A stretch of DNA of 64,000 nt from an uncultured Pseudomonadales bacterium. GTDB lineage: Bacteria; Patescibacteriota; Microgenomatia; UBA1400; PJMF01. Positions within the stretch are counted from its first letter, which is position 1. Every line of letters begins with the position of its first letter. A model generated the notes under the pieces. It saw only the letters and a program-made list of their open reading frames with translations. It was not told where the DNA came from and made no database searches. The stretch is taken from the NCBI GenBank assembly GCA_964404025.1, contig CAYOIJ010000001.1:22685-86684 (forward strand), given 5' to 3'. This document shows positions 49,115-58,902 of this stretch, in pieces. The position numbers and the translations under genes are program-made.

Positions 49115-50576
49115 AGTGTGTTAATGAGACTCCAATTAGGAATAAAGTATTTAATAAATTTCTTTCTGGATGAAAAAGCATTATTATAAAACTTCCTATT
49201 ATTCCAGAGTATAACATTGTTTTATTGATGCTGCTAATAGCATCCAATTTTATTAGATGTTTTAAAAAGTAATAAAAAAACAATAAATATACTAATAAAC
49301 CAAAAATACCTCTTTCTATCATAAACAGCAAGAAACCCTGATGAACATTCTCTGGAAAGTAGCTAACAACTCCCTTTGGAAAAAGTTGGTAAGCAATGGG
49401 AACAAACATTTGATCGCCAATACCTAGAAATGGACTTTTCTTAAATATTTCCCAAGCTTCTTGATATTGTATTAATCTAGTGCTGAAACCTCCCCAATCA
49501 CTAAAACTATAGATTGAATTAAGTAAGCGACTACTAAATTTGCTAAATAGAAAAAGTGCAATCAATAAAAATAAAAACCTATGGGCCCTACTAGTCTTAG
49601 TTAACTTTTTTTTCCAATTTGAAAATTGATCATTAAAAAATTTTGGGTGTCTGAAACAAACAAATAGAGCGCTGATTATCAAAGCTAAATAAGCGGCTCT
49701 ACTCAAAGAAAGAAATATAACAACTATTGAACCTAAGATTGTCCAATTAACAAAGTCTTTAAAGGGAGCTGCTAGCTTTTTTAAATAAAATTTAATAAAA
49801 GCCAATAAGAATATGTAAATGAGATGTTTATTAGCTAAGCCATTGGGGTGATAGGCTAGGCCGAAAGGTCTAAATCCACCCGAGCCCTCGTCTGCTCCTA
49901 GGCCAAAAATTGGAGCCGTTTTTGTAGTTTCTACGATTAAGCCAATTGGTCGTTTAAATAATACTTGTGCTAAGACAAGAATACTTTCGTAGTTGACTAA
50001 AATGAGCCATATAAATAAAAAAGTAGTGAGCAATCTATAAAACTCTTTTTTATTTAAATTATTTTTTAATAAGATCAAATAATAGGCCCAAATCACTGAT
50101 AAAAAACTATTAAAAACAAAAAAAAGGCTAATTTCTAATAATACGGCCCCATAAATAGCAGATAAAAATCCACTAGCAGCTACAATAATTATTAATTTCT
50201 CATGAATTAACAATTTCACTTTGTTTTTGTATATTCTTTGCCAAAATGGAATTAGAAGTAGAGCAACAGTGGCAATCATTAAGTAAGGAGTAAAAGTCCA
50301 AGATAAGTGTCGACCTTCAAAATATTGATGAACAACTATGGCTTTTGCAGGAACAACTAGAGTCGAATGGGATTGACCTATCCAAAGAGTAGTTAATATA
50401 GGTGCGACATAAATGATTGCTTTACTAAAAGAGTAGCGCCAAGTTAAAAAAAATAAAAATACAAAAGATAGGGCAAAAAAACTTTTTACATTAGGTAACA
50501 GGCTAGTAACTAATAAAAACAGCAAACAGGATAAGACCGCAAGCAAATCAGTTGATTTTTTAATTTTTTGCCACAT
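49095..50576 (-). CDS. O-antigen ligase / Wzy_C family membrane protein
   Basis: R..G...HPN, SLSRAA, R......W..F..SPFLGIG, VHQGF. Confidence 0.85.
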   Translation of the reverse strand: MWQKIKKSTDLLAVLSCLLFLLVTSLLPNVKSFFALSFVFLFFLTWRYSFSKAIIYVAPILTTLWIGQSHSTLVVPAKAIVVHQYFEGRHLSWTFTPYLMIATVALLLIPFWQRIYKNKVKLLIHEKLIIIVAASGFLSAIYGAVLLEISLFFVFNSFLSVIWAYYLILLKNNLNKKEFYRLLTTFLFIWLILVNYESILVLAQVLFKRPIGLIVETTKTAPIFGLGADEGSGGFRPFGLAYHPNGLANKHLIYIFLLAFIKFYLKKLAAPFKDFVNWTILGSIVVIFLSLSRAAYLALIISALFVCFRHPKFFNDQFSNWKKKLTKTSRAHRFLFLLIALFLFSKFSSRLLNSIYSFSDWGGFSTRLIQYQEAWEIFKKSPFLGIGDQMFVPIAYQLFPKGVVSYFPENVHQGFLLFMIERGIFGLLVYLLFFYYFLKHLIKLDAISSINKTMLYSGIIGSFIIMLFHPERNLLNTLFLIGVSLTHYEKKTI

Positions 50577-51459
50577 AACCTAATAAGTAGTGTCTTTCAA
50601 AGTTTTTAATCAAGCAAGTAGCAAAAATTTTTTTAAAAAAAGAATTACATTCTATATGTTCTTTATATTTTTGATAATCTTTAACAAAATTTTTAATGGC
50701 ACGTAAAAAAAATAATAAGAATAATTGGTTTTTTAGATTAACTAAATTATCGTTGAGTTTCCACTTATCGTTTAAGTATTTGGCTAATTTCCCACGGTGA
50801 AAAGCTCGGCATTTAAATCTAGCAAAAGAATCAGTTTCTTCGTGATAAATTAACATTTTTGGAGTATAAGCTCCTTTAACACATCCTTTTTTAACTTGAA
50901 AATCTAAATCAAAATCAGCTGAATCATAATATAAACTTTGACATTTTTCATCAAATTTTAATTTCTTTTTTTTGAAAAAAGTAGCGTCAAGCAATAGGTT
51001 TTTAGTATCTAATAATTGGCCATTATATTCTTTCCAAAAGTTGTCTCTAGCGTGTTGAGCAATAGCAAAAATATTTTGGGTATTTAATAATTTAGTAATT
51101 CCTAAGACATATTTTGATTTTGTATCAGAGATTGTTTCTAGAGCTTTTTTAAGCCAGTTCTTGTCTGCTACGCAATCATCATCAATAAAGGCTAGATAAG
51201 GACTTTGATTAAATTTCATTGCTTGATTGCGGCAAGCAGGCACAGTTTTTTTGGGTAAATGATGGTACTCAATTTTTAACTTGTTGAACAATTCGTCTTG
51301 GGCGATTGGAAGTGCAGATTGCTTATCATCATTATCCACAATAATGATGGTGAACAATTTAAAACTTTGTTTTTTTAAGCTTAATAAACATCTCTTTAAC
51401 TTGATCGGTCTATTTTTGGTTATGATAGCAATGCTGACTGGTAAGACTGAATTTTTCAT
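50560..51459 (-). CDS. glycosyltransferase family 2
   Basis: SIAIIT.NR, IVDN, RN, AFIDDDC; start moved to ATG 51459. Confidence 0.88.
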   Translation of the reverse strand: MKNSVLPVSIAIITKNRPIKLKRCLLSLKKQSFKLFTIIIVDNDDKQSALPIAQDELFNKLKIEYHHLPKKTVPACRNQAMKFNQSPYLAFIDDDCVADKNWLKKALETISDTKSKYVLGITKLLNTQNIFAIAQHARDNFWKEYNGQLLDTKNLLLDATFFKKKKLKFDEKCQSLYYDSADFDLDFQVKKGCVKGAYTPKMLIYHEETDSFARFKCRAFHRGKLAKYLNDKWKLNDNLVNLKNQLFLLFFLRAIKNFVKDYQKYKEHIECNSFFKKIFATCLIKNFERHYLLGYVAKN

Positions 51460-51488
51460 TAGAATTGTTATTATAATATAATAAACCA

Positions 51489-52607
51489 ATGCTAAAGAAT
51501 GCTTTAATCTTAATTCCTGATTTATCTGGAGGACAACAAGTTTGTGATTTTGTTTGGCAAACAGCACTGGGTTTATCTAAAAACAATCAAGTTTATATTA
51601 TTAATTTTAATCAGCAAGAATTTAAGAAAAATAAAAACATAAGGCAGATAAAGCCTTTTAATTGTTTACCATTTAGTAGATTTACTCTTATTAAAAAAAT
51701 AAATCAGCATTTATACAAATTCTTATTAGGACTTTGGTTTTCTTTGAAATTTCCTTTAAAGAGACGTTATCTATGGATCTTTTTTCCTCAATTGGCAGAT
51801 TTATTAAGTTTGAGATTTTTTGCTTTTTCAATTGTTTTTGATATTGTTGACTTTCACTTTTCTTTTGATTCTGATGCTTATCAAAAACTACAAACACAAA
51901 AGAAAAAAATACTGGACAGCGCTGATTATATTTTTTCTATATCAAAAAGTTTAAAAAAATTATATGAAAATGAAACTGATAAAGAAATTCACTTGGTAAA
52001 ACAAGGGTTCGATTATCAAACTTTCAAAAAAAGAGCCAAAAAGAGTGTTAAGGTACCTGGTAGTAAGCCAATTATAGGTTTTGTGGGACAGATAAGCATG
52101 CGTTTAGATTTTTCATTATTAGATGATTTGCTTAAGGATAATCCAAATCTAAACTTTGTTTTTATTGGTCCTTTGCACTATGAGCCCAACGTTAGCCAAG
52201 ATTCAGGCTTATTACTTTTAAAAGAAAAATTTAATCAGCTTTTGACTCATTCAAATTTTTTTCATTATGATAAGCAAGAGAGAAATAAAATTTTATCCTT
52301 TATTGAGACCTTTGATCTTGCAATTATTCCTTATGACGCATCTTTAGTATTCAATCGCTATTGTTATCCAATGAAATTATTCGAATATTTTTATGCTGGT
52401 AAGCCGGTGGTCAGCAGTAATATTAAGGAGCTACAAAAATTTCCTAATTTTGTTAAAATTGCTTATTCACGAGATGATTGGCAAAAGCTGATTTTGCAGT
52501 TACTAAACCAGGATTGGTCAAAAAAACAACAGCAAAAGCAAAGGAAAATAGCTTTAGTAAATTCTTGGGAAAATAAATTGAATGAGATGATGTCTATCAT
52601 CGATTAA
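51489..52607 (+). CDS. glycosyltransferase family 4 (TuaH-like)
   Basis: DIVD, G.D, IGFVG, FDLAIIPY, PMKLFEY...GKPVVSS. Confidence 0.88.
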   Translation: MLKNALILIPDLSGGQQVCDFVWQTALGLSKNNQVYIINFNQQEFKKNKNIRQIKPFNCLPFSRFTLIKKINQHLYKFLLGLWFSLKFPLKRRYLWIFFPQLADLLSLRFFAFSIVFDIVDFHFSFDSDAYQKLQTQKKKILDSADYIFSISKSLKKLYENETDKEIHLVKQGFDYQTFKKRAKKSVKVPGSKPIIGFVGQISMRLDFSLLDDLLKDNPNLNFVFIGPLHYEPNVSQDSGLLLLKEKFNQLLTHSNFFHYDKQERNKILSFIETFDLAIIPYDASLVFNRYCYPMKLFEYFYAGKPVVSSNIKELQKFPNFVKIAYSRDDWQKLILQLLNQDWSKKQQQKQRKIALVNSWENKLNEMMSIID

Positions 52608-52615
52608 AAGATAAA

Positions 52616-53614
52616 ATGAAACATAATAAAAACAAGAAAACTAAAAAAACAAAAATTTTAATTACTGGGGCTGGTGGTTTTATTGGTGGTCATTTAGTTA
52701 ATTATTTTGATCTTCAACAAAATACAGAAATTAGAGCGGTAGATATTAAACCTCTGGCTGAGTGGCAACAAGTTAATAAAAATGCAGAAAATTTAATTTT
52801 CGATCTGAAAGATTTCAAAAATTGCCAAATTGTCAGTGAGGGTATTGACGAAGTTTATAATCTAGCTGCTGATATGGGTGGCATGGGCTTCATTGAAAAC
52901 AATAAGGGCTTGTGTATGCTTAATGTTTTAATTAATACTCATATGTTGATGGCAGCTGCTGATTCTGGAGTAAAAAGATTTTTTTACTCTTCTTCAGCTT
53001 GTATTTATCCTTTAAATAAACAATCCAACAGTAGCGTTATTGAATTAAAAGAGAGTGATGCTTATCCAGCTATGCCAGAAGATGGATATGGTTGGGAAAA
53101 GCTTTTTTCTGAACGAATGTGTCGTCATTTTAGTGAAGATTTTAATTTAGTAACAAGAGTGGCTCGTTTTCACAATGTTTATGGACCTTTTGGTGAGTAT
53201 AAAGGTGGTCGAGAAAAAGCACCGGCTGCTTTATGCAGGAAAGTAATAGAAGCCAAAATTAATAAAAAGAAAGATATCGAAATTTGGGGTGATGGTCAAC
53301 AGACAAGAACCTTTATGTATATGGACGATTGTGTTAAAGGTATTGATTTAATCATGCATAGTGAAATTGATGAGCCAATTAATTTAGGTAGAAGTGAGTT
53401 GGTAACAATCAATGAATTATTGTCAATAATAGAAAAAATTGCTGAAATTAAATTGAATCGTCAATATAACTTAGAAGCTCCGCAAGGGGTTCGTGGTAGA
53501 AGTAGTGATAATACTTTGATTAAAAAACACCTTGATTGGGAACCAGAAGTTGATTTGCACGAGGGTATGAAAAAAACTTATGAATGGATAGAAAAAAAGG
53601 TGATGAACAGATAG
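52616..53614 (+). CDS. GDP-mannose 3,5-epimerase-like extended SDR
   Basis: TGAGGFIG, NLAADMGGMGFI, SSACIYP, YGWEK, RFHNVYGP.G...GGREKAPAALCRK. Confidence 0.85.
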   Translation: MKHNKNKKTKKTKILITGAGGFIGGHLVNYFDLQQNTEIRAVDIKPLAEWQQVNKNAENLIFDLKDFKNCQIVSEGIDEVYNLAADMGGMGFIENNKGLCMLNVLINTHMLMAAADSGVKRFFYSSSACIYPLNKQSNSSVIELKESDAYPAMPEDGYGWEKLFSERMCRHFSEDFNLVTRVARFHNVYGPFGEYKGGREKAPAALCRKVIEAKINKKKDIEIWGDGQQTRTFMYMDDCVKGIDLIMHSEIDEPINLGRSELVTINELLSIIEKIAEIKLNRQYNLEAPQGVRGRSSDNTLIKKHLDWEPEVDLHEGMKKTYEWIEKKVMNR

Positions 53615-53635
53615 AATTTTTGCGAAGTTTATTTT

Positions 53636-55168
53636 TTAAAGACAATGCGTATATACCCTAGTAAAATCATAATCTGGCCCTTCTTGATACCATAGACAAC
53701 TTTTTTCTGAGTTAATAAAATTTCCTAGCCGGTATAGCCCAATTGACTCATACCAACTTCTCAAGGAATTGTCGTATTCTCCATAAATCCCCCAGTCCAA
53801 CAAATTGTTATAGGGAATTATAACTTTTGTATTATGCATTTTTTCATATTCAACGATACTATTTGCTAAATTATCCTGGTTGCTAATTTTTTCAATATTT
53901 TTTACAGAGATTAGAGAAATATTTGAATTATTTTTGTAATAGTATTCTAATGTTTCTGGATAGGGAGATAGAATGACGTATTGTTGTTGATCTTTTTGTA
54001 TTTTGTTTTGAATACTTTGTGCTGTTGAATAATCGTGACTACAAAAAACATATTGATTGTTTACAGTAAAATTTGGAAGAATTTTCCAAAAATTAATTAT
54101 GCAGATTACTAGCGTGATAACAATTAATATCTTTTTAAAATTGTTTTTTAGATTTTTTACAGCAAGGGTTGTCGATAAAACAAAGCTAAATATCACAGGA
54201 GTAAAATATCTTTCTAAATAAGCAGGAAATAAAGTATGAAAAACTAAAAACAACCCACTAAATAGTAGAGTTGTTTTGATTAAATTATTATTTTTATTTT
54301 TATTAAAATTATATTTTTGTAAAAAAAATATTAATAAATAAAAAATAACACTAATAAAAATAATAATTAAATTTGGCTTGGCATATAAATAATTTTCATT
54401 ATAGAAAAGAGTAAAAGGGAAATTACTTATGAATCTTAATTCTGGAATATCTCCTGATCTTTGAAACAACTCGACTAAAAAAGGAGTATTTAAGAAATTC
54501 CTAGAATAATTTCTAGTCATTAGCACAGTCAATATAACTGTGGCTGGAATAAAAAATACTATAATTTTTTTAATCAAATTTACTAAATTGCGCTTGTTCA
54601 AGAAATCAATAAGAATAAGGCTTATAAATAATAAAATAGATTCATATCTAATTAATATTCCTAAAGCAGTCAAAAAACTAGCTAAAAGAATCTTTTTCTT
54701 CCATACCAAAAAGAAGATAAATAAGCTAAACATGGAGAATAACACTTCAGAATTATTGGAAACTGCAGATTTAAATACTATTGGGTTTGATATTAAAAAT
54801 AATATGGCTAAACCGGCATGCCATATATCTCTATCTTTTTTTAAAATGAAATAAACCAAAAGAATGGCTGCGGTCATAGTAATAGCATTGATTAACAAAG
54901 CGACTTCAATTTCAGTCAAAAAAGCAGATAATACTTTTGAAAAAATGCCAATTAATATCGGGTTTGCAGGTAAAGATTGGATTGTTGGTGGTAATTGAAA
55001 CTTTAAATAAAAGTTGCTATCTCTTAAAAACTGAAAAAAATCTGGATCAACATGACGCTGTGGACCAATTAACTGTACTAAAAAAGCAAAATATATAAAA
55101 ATAATTGTATAAAAAATAATGTTAAATAATTTAACTATTTTTATGTTTTTAGTTTTTTTATTTTGCAT
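53636..55168 (-). CDS. GT-C-type multi-pass membrane glycosyltransferase (putative)
   Basis: Acidic loop DPD after first TM, SE..F, RYE, ERY, more than 10 TMs. Confidence 0.6.
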   Translation of the reverse strand: MQNKKTKNIKIVKLFNIIFYTIIFIYFAFLVQLIGPQRHVDPDFFQFLRDSNFYLKFQLPPTIQSLPANPILIGIFSKVLSAFLTEIEVALLINAITMTAAILLVYFILKKDRDIWHAGLAILFLISNPIVFKSAVSNNSEVLFSMFSLFIFFLVWKKKILLASFLTALGILIRYESILLFISLILIDFLNKRNLVNLIKKIIVFFIPATVILTVLMTRNYSRNFLNTPFLVELFQRSGDIPELRFISNFPFTLFYNENYLYAKPNLIIIFISVIFYLLIFFLQKYNFNKNKNNNLIKTTLLFSGLFLVFHTLFPAYLERYFTPVIFSFVLSTTLAVKNLKNNFKKILIVITLVICIINFWKILPNFTVNNQYVFCSHDYSTAQSIQNKIQKDQQQYVILSPYPETLEYYYKNNSNISLISVKNIEKISNQDNLANSIVEYEKMHNTKVIIPYNNLLDWGIYGEYDNSLRSWYESIGLYRLGNFINSEKSCLWYQEGPDYDFTRVYTHCL

Positions 55169-55169
55169 T

Positions 55170-56669
55170 TTAGTTTTGAAAAACTATGTATTCGATATTT
55201 TGTAATTGAAATTTTAATAAAATTTTTTCTTTGGAAAGATAAGCTGTATTTGTTTGATTGTAATCTGTATTTCGCCAACATAGTAAAACAGTGTTGTTGT
55301 TTTTTAAAGTTATTTGACTATTAAAATCATCAAATAAAAAATAGGGTTCTTCTTTCTGAAAATACCAATACATTCTTGATTCCCAATAAAAATTGTTTAT
55401 GGTGTTTTTGCAAAATTCACCACCATCAATAATGCTTGAATCAGGGAGATATTGATGGATTGTGTCACTCACTTGCAGATGGTGTCGATAAGAAATATTA
55501 CTAGGCATTTTTTCTTGTTCAAAAGATTTGCCACTGATTAAAATAGTTAAGGATAATAATAAAAAAGCTAACTTGTTTTTTTCTAAAGTAATTTTTAAAC
55601 CACAAGCTAGTAAAGCAGCTAAGAAAAAATAAATATTATTTAAATAATGACTCAATGGGTTTTCATGAATATTATAAAAAACATAGTGCAATATTAAGGC
55701 AAAAAGAGAAATAAATGTAAATTTATTTAAATGTTTGTTTTTACTAATCAAACCGATGATAATTATTAGGCTATATATTAAATACATAATAAGTGTTAAT
55801 TTCGGGTGAACCATATTGATTGTTAAATCAACAGTTTTTAAAAAATTTTCAATTCTAAAGTTAGAAAAATTAAGTTGATTGGTGCCAGCGCCAAGTAATT
55901 GTTGGTGTATATCGCTTAAAGCCAGATCTTTTATAATTTGTGAATAAAATATTAAAAAAGAGAGTAAACCACTAATTCCAAAAGTTATTAATTTAAGTAA
56001 ATTTTTTATTTTTAATTGTTTAAAATTAAAACTTAAAACATATATCATTAAATATATTGGCCAGATAAAAATAGCTCCATACCAGAAGCTACTAGCTAGT
56101 GAAAGTAAAGTGGCGCTGATTACTAAATTAATTGTATTGTTGTTTCTAATTGCTGACTGAAAAAACAATAATGATGTAAGAACAATTATTACACTGTTTG
56201 AGGCAGTTGTTTGCACAATGCTAAAATCTATAAATATTGATGAAAGAGCATAAAAAAGGCTTATGATTAGTGCTGGAAGGCTGGAGAATTCCTTTTTAAT
56301 AATTAAGAAAACCAAAACAATACCTAAGGATTGATAAAATATTATTAATCCAGAGATATAGTCGTAGTTTCCTTTAGCGATTAAAGTTAATAGTGCAATG
56401 AAATAGTAATAAATAGAGGGGTAGGTAGAACCAATACCAGTATTCCATGGTCCATATTGAGAACTCATATTTTTAAAAGCAATCAGATATCCGGCTAACA
56501 TATCTCTAGCAACATCACCAAGCCACACACTATTTGTTGAGTAGAGGTATAGCCTAATAAAAAATCCCAAGCAAAATATCAAAATAATTGTCAAAATGTC
56601 AAATTTTTGTTGTTGTTCTTGGTAAGTAGAAATTATTTGTGACAATTTCTTTTTGTTTTTGATTTTCAT
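55170..56669 (-). CDS. ArnT/PMT-like GT-C glycosyltransferase
   Basis: F.IRL...GDVARD, GP, P..YY, many TMs. Confidence 0.7.
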   Translation of the reverse strand: MKIKNKKKLSQIISTYQEQQQKFDILTIILIFCLGFFIRLYLYSTNSVWLGDVARDMLAGYLIAFKNMSSQYGPWNTGIGSTYPSIYYYFIALLTLIAKGNYDYISGLIIFYQSLGIVLVFLIIKKEFSSLPALIISLFYALSSIFIDFSIVQTTASNSVIIVLTSLLFFQSAIRNNNTINLVISATLLSLASSFWYGAIFIWPIYLMIYVLSFNFKQLKIKNLLKLITFGISGLLSFLIFYSQIIKDLALSDIHQQLLGAGTNQLNFSNFRIENFLKTVDLTINMVHPKLTLIMYLIYSLIIIIGLISKNKHLNKFTFISLFALILHYVFYNIHENPLSHYLNNIYFFLAALLACGLKITLEKNKLAFLLLSLTILISGKSFEQEKMPSNISYRHHLQVSDTIHQYLPDSSIIDGGEFCKNTINNFYWESRMYWYFQKEEPYFLFDDFNSQITLKNNNTVLLCWRNTDYNQTNTAYLSKEKILLKFQLQNIEYIVFQN

Positions 56670-56716
56670 GAGGCTCTACAACTATAATAAAATAAATCAC
56701 AACTAACAAGTTATTT

Positions 56717-58891
56717 ATGAAAGACTTTTTGTTTAAGCTGTTTTATCCGTTTTTTTCAATACTTATTTTATTATCAATTTTTTTAATGGAAACTGAATAT
56801 AAGTTTTATCTATTTGCCTTGTGGTCATGCTTTCTACTATTTTATAGTTTTATGATAGGAGACAAAAAAACCAGATCTTCGACTTCAGACTTGAACCAAA
56901 ATCAGACTTCATTACTAAAGATAAAAAAACCATTTTTGCGCAAAATTCACTTTTTTAGTTTCCTTTTTTTGTTTTTGGCTCTAATCAGTAGTGTTTTTTC
57001 TCATCACAAGCCTCTTTCTTTAGAAAAGTACTTATTTTATTTGGTAGCTATCAGTATTTTTTTGTTTTTTTTACAAATTAAAAAAAAGTTTTTTAAAGCC
57101 AAATTATTTGTTGAATACTTGTTGTTAATTACTTTTATATTAAATATCTTGGTTATTATTTTGAGCTTTGTTAGTAATTCTAGGGAATTTTTTCAAGGTG
57201 TGAATCTGTTAGTTAGGAGTTATGGACACAATCACTATGTAGCTTTTTTACTCTTAGTTTTACCTTTGATCTGGTGGCATTTGTTAGAAGAAACTCCTTC
57301 TTATTTTCTAACGAATAAGGTAAAAGTATTTTTCGATATTTTTTTATTGATTAGTTCTTACTTATTACTATTAATTAGCTTATCTCGTTGGGCTTTATTT
57401 ATTAGTATTATTCAGTTTTTCTTAATTTTTTTATTAGTAAAAAAAGTTTTTTTTAATTTATACAAAAAAAAAGCTGTTTATTTTTTAATTAAGAGCGCGA
57501 TTTTGAGTTTTTTATCTCTTGCTTTAATTTTTTTGTTTTTATCTTTGCCTCTGTCGATCAATGATAAAGAGAATTGTTTTTTGCGCTTGTACGGTAAAGA
57601 TTTATGTACACCAATAGAACAAAATAGCCGTTTTTTTTATTGGCGACAGGCTTGGTTAAGTTTCAAAAATTACCCAATTGTCGGTTATGGTTTAGGTTCT
57701 TTTAAATATGCAGCTCGTCGTTTCCCAATAATTAATCAACAAAATAGTGCTTATGCTCATAATATTTTTTTACACAATTTGGCCGAAATGGGCGTTTTGG
57801 GTGGAGGAAGTTTTATTTTATTTATCATATATATTTTTTATCAATCTGGACTTTTAGTTTTTAAATCAAAAAATCCATTGGCTAAATTTCTATATTTAGC
57901 TGCCATAAGCTCTTCAATCAACGCCATGTTAGATTTTGATTGGCATTTTTTTATTATTTTTTTGTTAACACTCATTTTTTTGGCTTTCATTTTATCTGAC
58001 TTTGCTAAAATTAATGATAACCAAAGACTAAGGAATTCGAAGTCGAGTTTTTTGTTTATATTAGCTTTTTTTACCTTTATATTGGTTGTTGCTGATATTT
58101 TAACTGTTAGTTGGCAATCAAAAAAACCAGAATATTGGTTAAAATTTACTCCGTTTTTAAATTTTGCTGCTAATGCAACGCTCGAGGAGTCAGTAATCAA
58201 TGTTAGTAATTATGAAAGTTTGTACAACTGGTATCGTTATGATACAGGATTTATAAATCGCTTCTTAAATTTAGAAGAACTAGACGATGAGCGTGAGAAA
58301 CAGCTGTATTTAGATTTAGCTGAGATAGATCCAGTAAGTTTTATGGCCAAAATTCATTTTAAAGATAGATCTTTAGAAGAAGCTGAGATTTTATTGAAAG
58401 AATTATTAAGAATTATAGATAGTTATCAGGCATTTAATGACTATTATTTTATTAGTTATCAGCAGCGAATTGATTTGGCTGAACAAATTTATAGTTTAGG
58501 ACAAAACGCTTATTTACAAAGTGATTGGTCAAGGGCTAGCTATTTTTATCAATCAGCGCATTTTTTTGATCCTTATATTTTCTTTAACGAACGAGCAATC
58601 TTTTTAGATGAAGACAACTTAGATCGACTTTCATTATTTTTTTTAAATTTTCAAGATTTTTCACCACATGAGAGTGGAGATTATTATCATTATCTATTTT
58701 TATATAGACAGGTGATAACTAAGCTTTTTGAAGATAATCAGTTGTTAGAATTTAAGCAGTTAGTAGGGGCAATGCTTGATCAGGAGCCAGAGTCAAAAGA
58801 TTATCTAACTAATCATTTACAAGAATTAGTGATCAGTGAAGAGCAAGCACAAGCTCTTATTTATGTTGAAGAAAATTATAAATCTAATTAA
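56717..58891 (+). CDS. O-antigen ligase-like protein with helical (TPR-like) C-terminal domain
   Basis: GHNH, SLSR, R..YW..AW......PIVGYGLGSF, AHNIFL..LAE.G..G. Confidence 0.85.
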   Translation: MKDFLFKLFYPFFSILILLSIFLMETEYKFYLFALWSCFLLFYSFMIGDKKTRSSTSDLNQNQTSLLKIKKPFLRKIHFFSFLFLFLALISSVFSHHKPLSLEKYLFYLVAISIFLFFLQIKKKFFKAKLFVEYLLLITFILNILVIILSFVSNSREFFQGVNLLVRSYGHNHYVAFLLLVLPLIWWHLLEETPSYFLTNKVKVFFDIFLLISSYLLLLISLSRWALFISIIQFFLIFLLVKKVFFNLYKKKAVYFLIKSAILSFLSLALIFLFLSLPLSINDKENCFLRLYGKDLCTPIEQNSRFFYWRQAWLSFKNYPIVGYGLGSFKYAARRFPIINQQNSAYAHNIFLHNLAEMGVLGGGSFILFIIYIFYQSGLLVFKSKNPLAKFLYLAAISSSINAMLDFDWHFFIIFLLTLIFLAFILSDFAKINDNQRLRNSKSSFLFILAFFTFILVVADILTVSWQSKKPEYWLKFTPFLNFAANATLEESVINVSNYESLYNWYRYDTGFINRFLNLEELDDEREKQLYLDLAEIDPVSFMAKIHFKDRSLEEAEILLKELLRIIDSYQAFNDYYFISYQQRIDLAEQIYSLGQNAYLQSDWSRASYFYQSAHFFDPYIFFNERAIFLDEDNLDRLSLFFLNFQDFSPHESGDYYHYLFLYRQVITKLFEDNQLLEFKQLVGAMLDQEPESKDYLTNHLQELVISEEQAQALIYVEENYKSN

Positions 58892-58902
58892 AAGTTTTTA
58901 AA

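Noticed and set aside
965-58200. Remaining short 60-120 aa track ORFs nested in larger genes
   Set aside because: Fully overlap well-supported CDSs and carry no recognisable motifs
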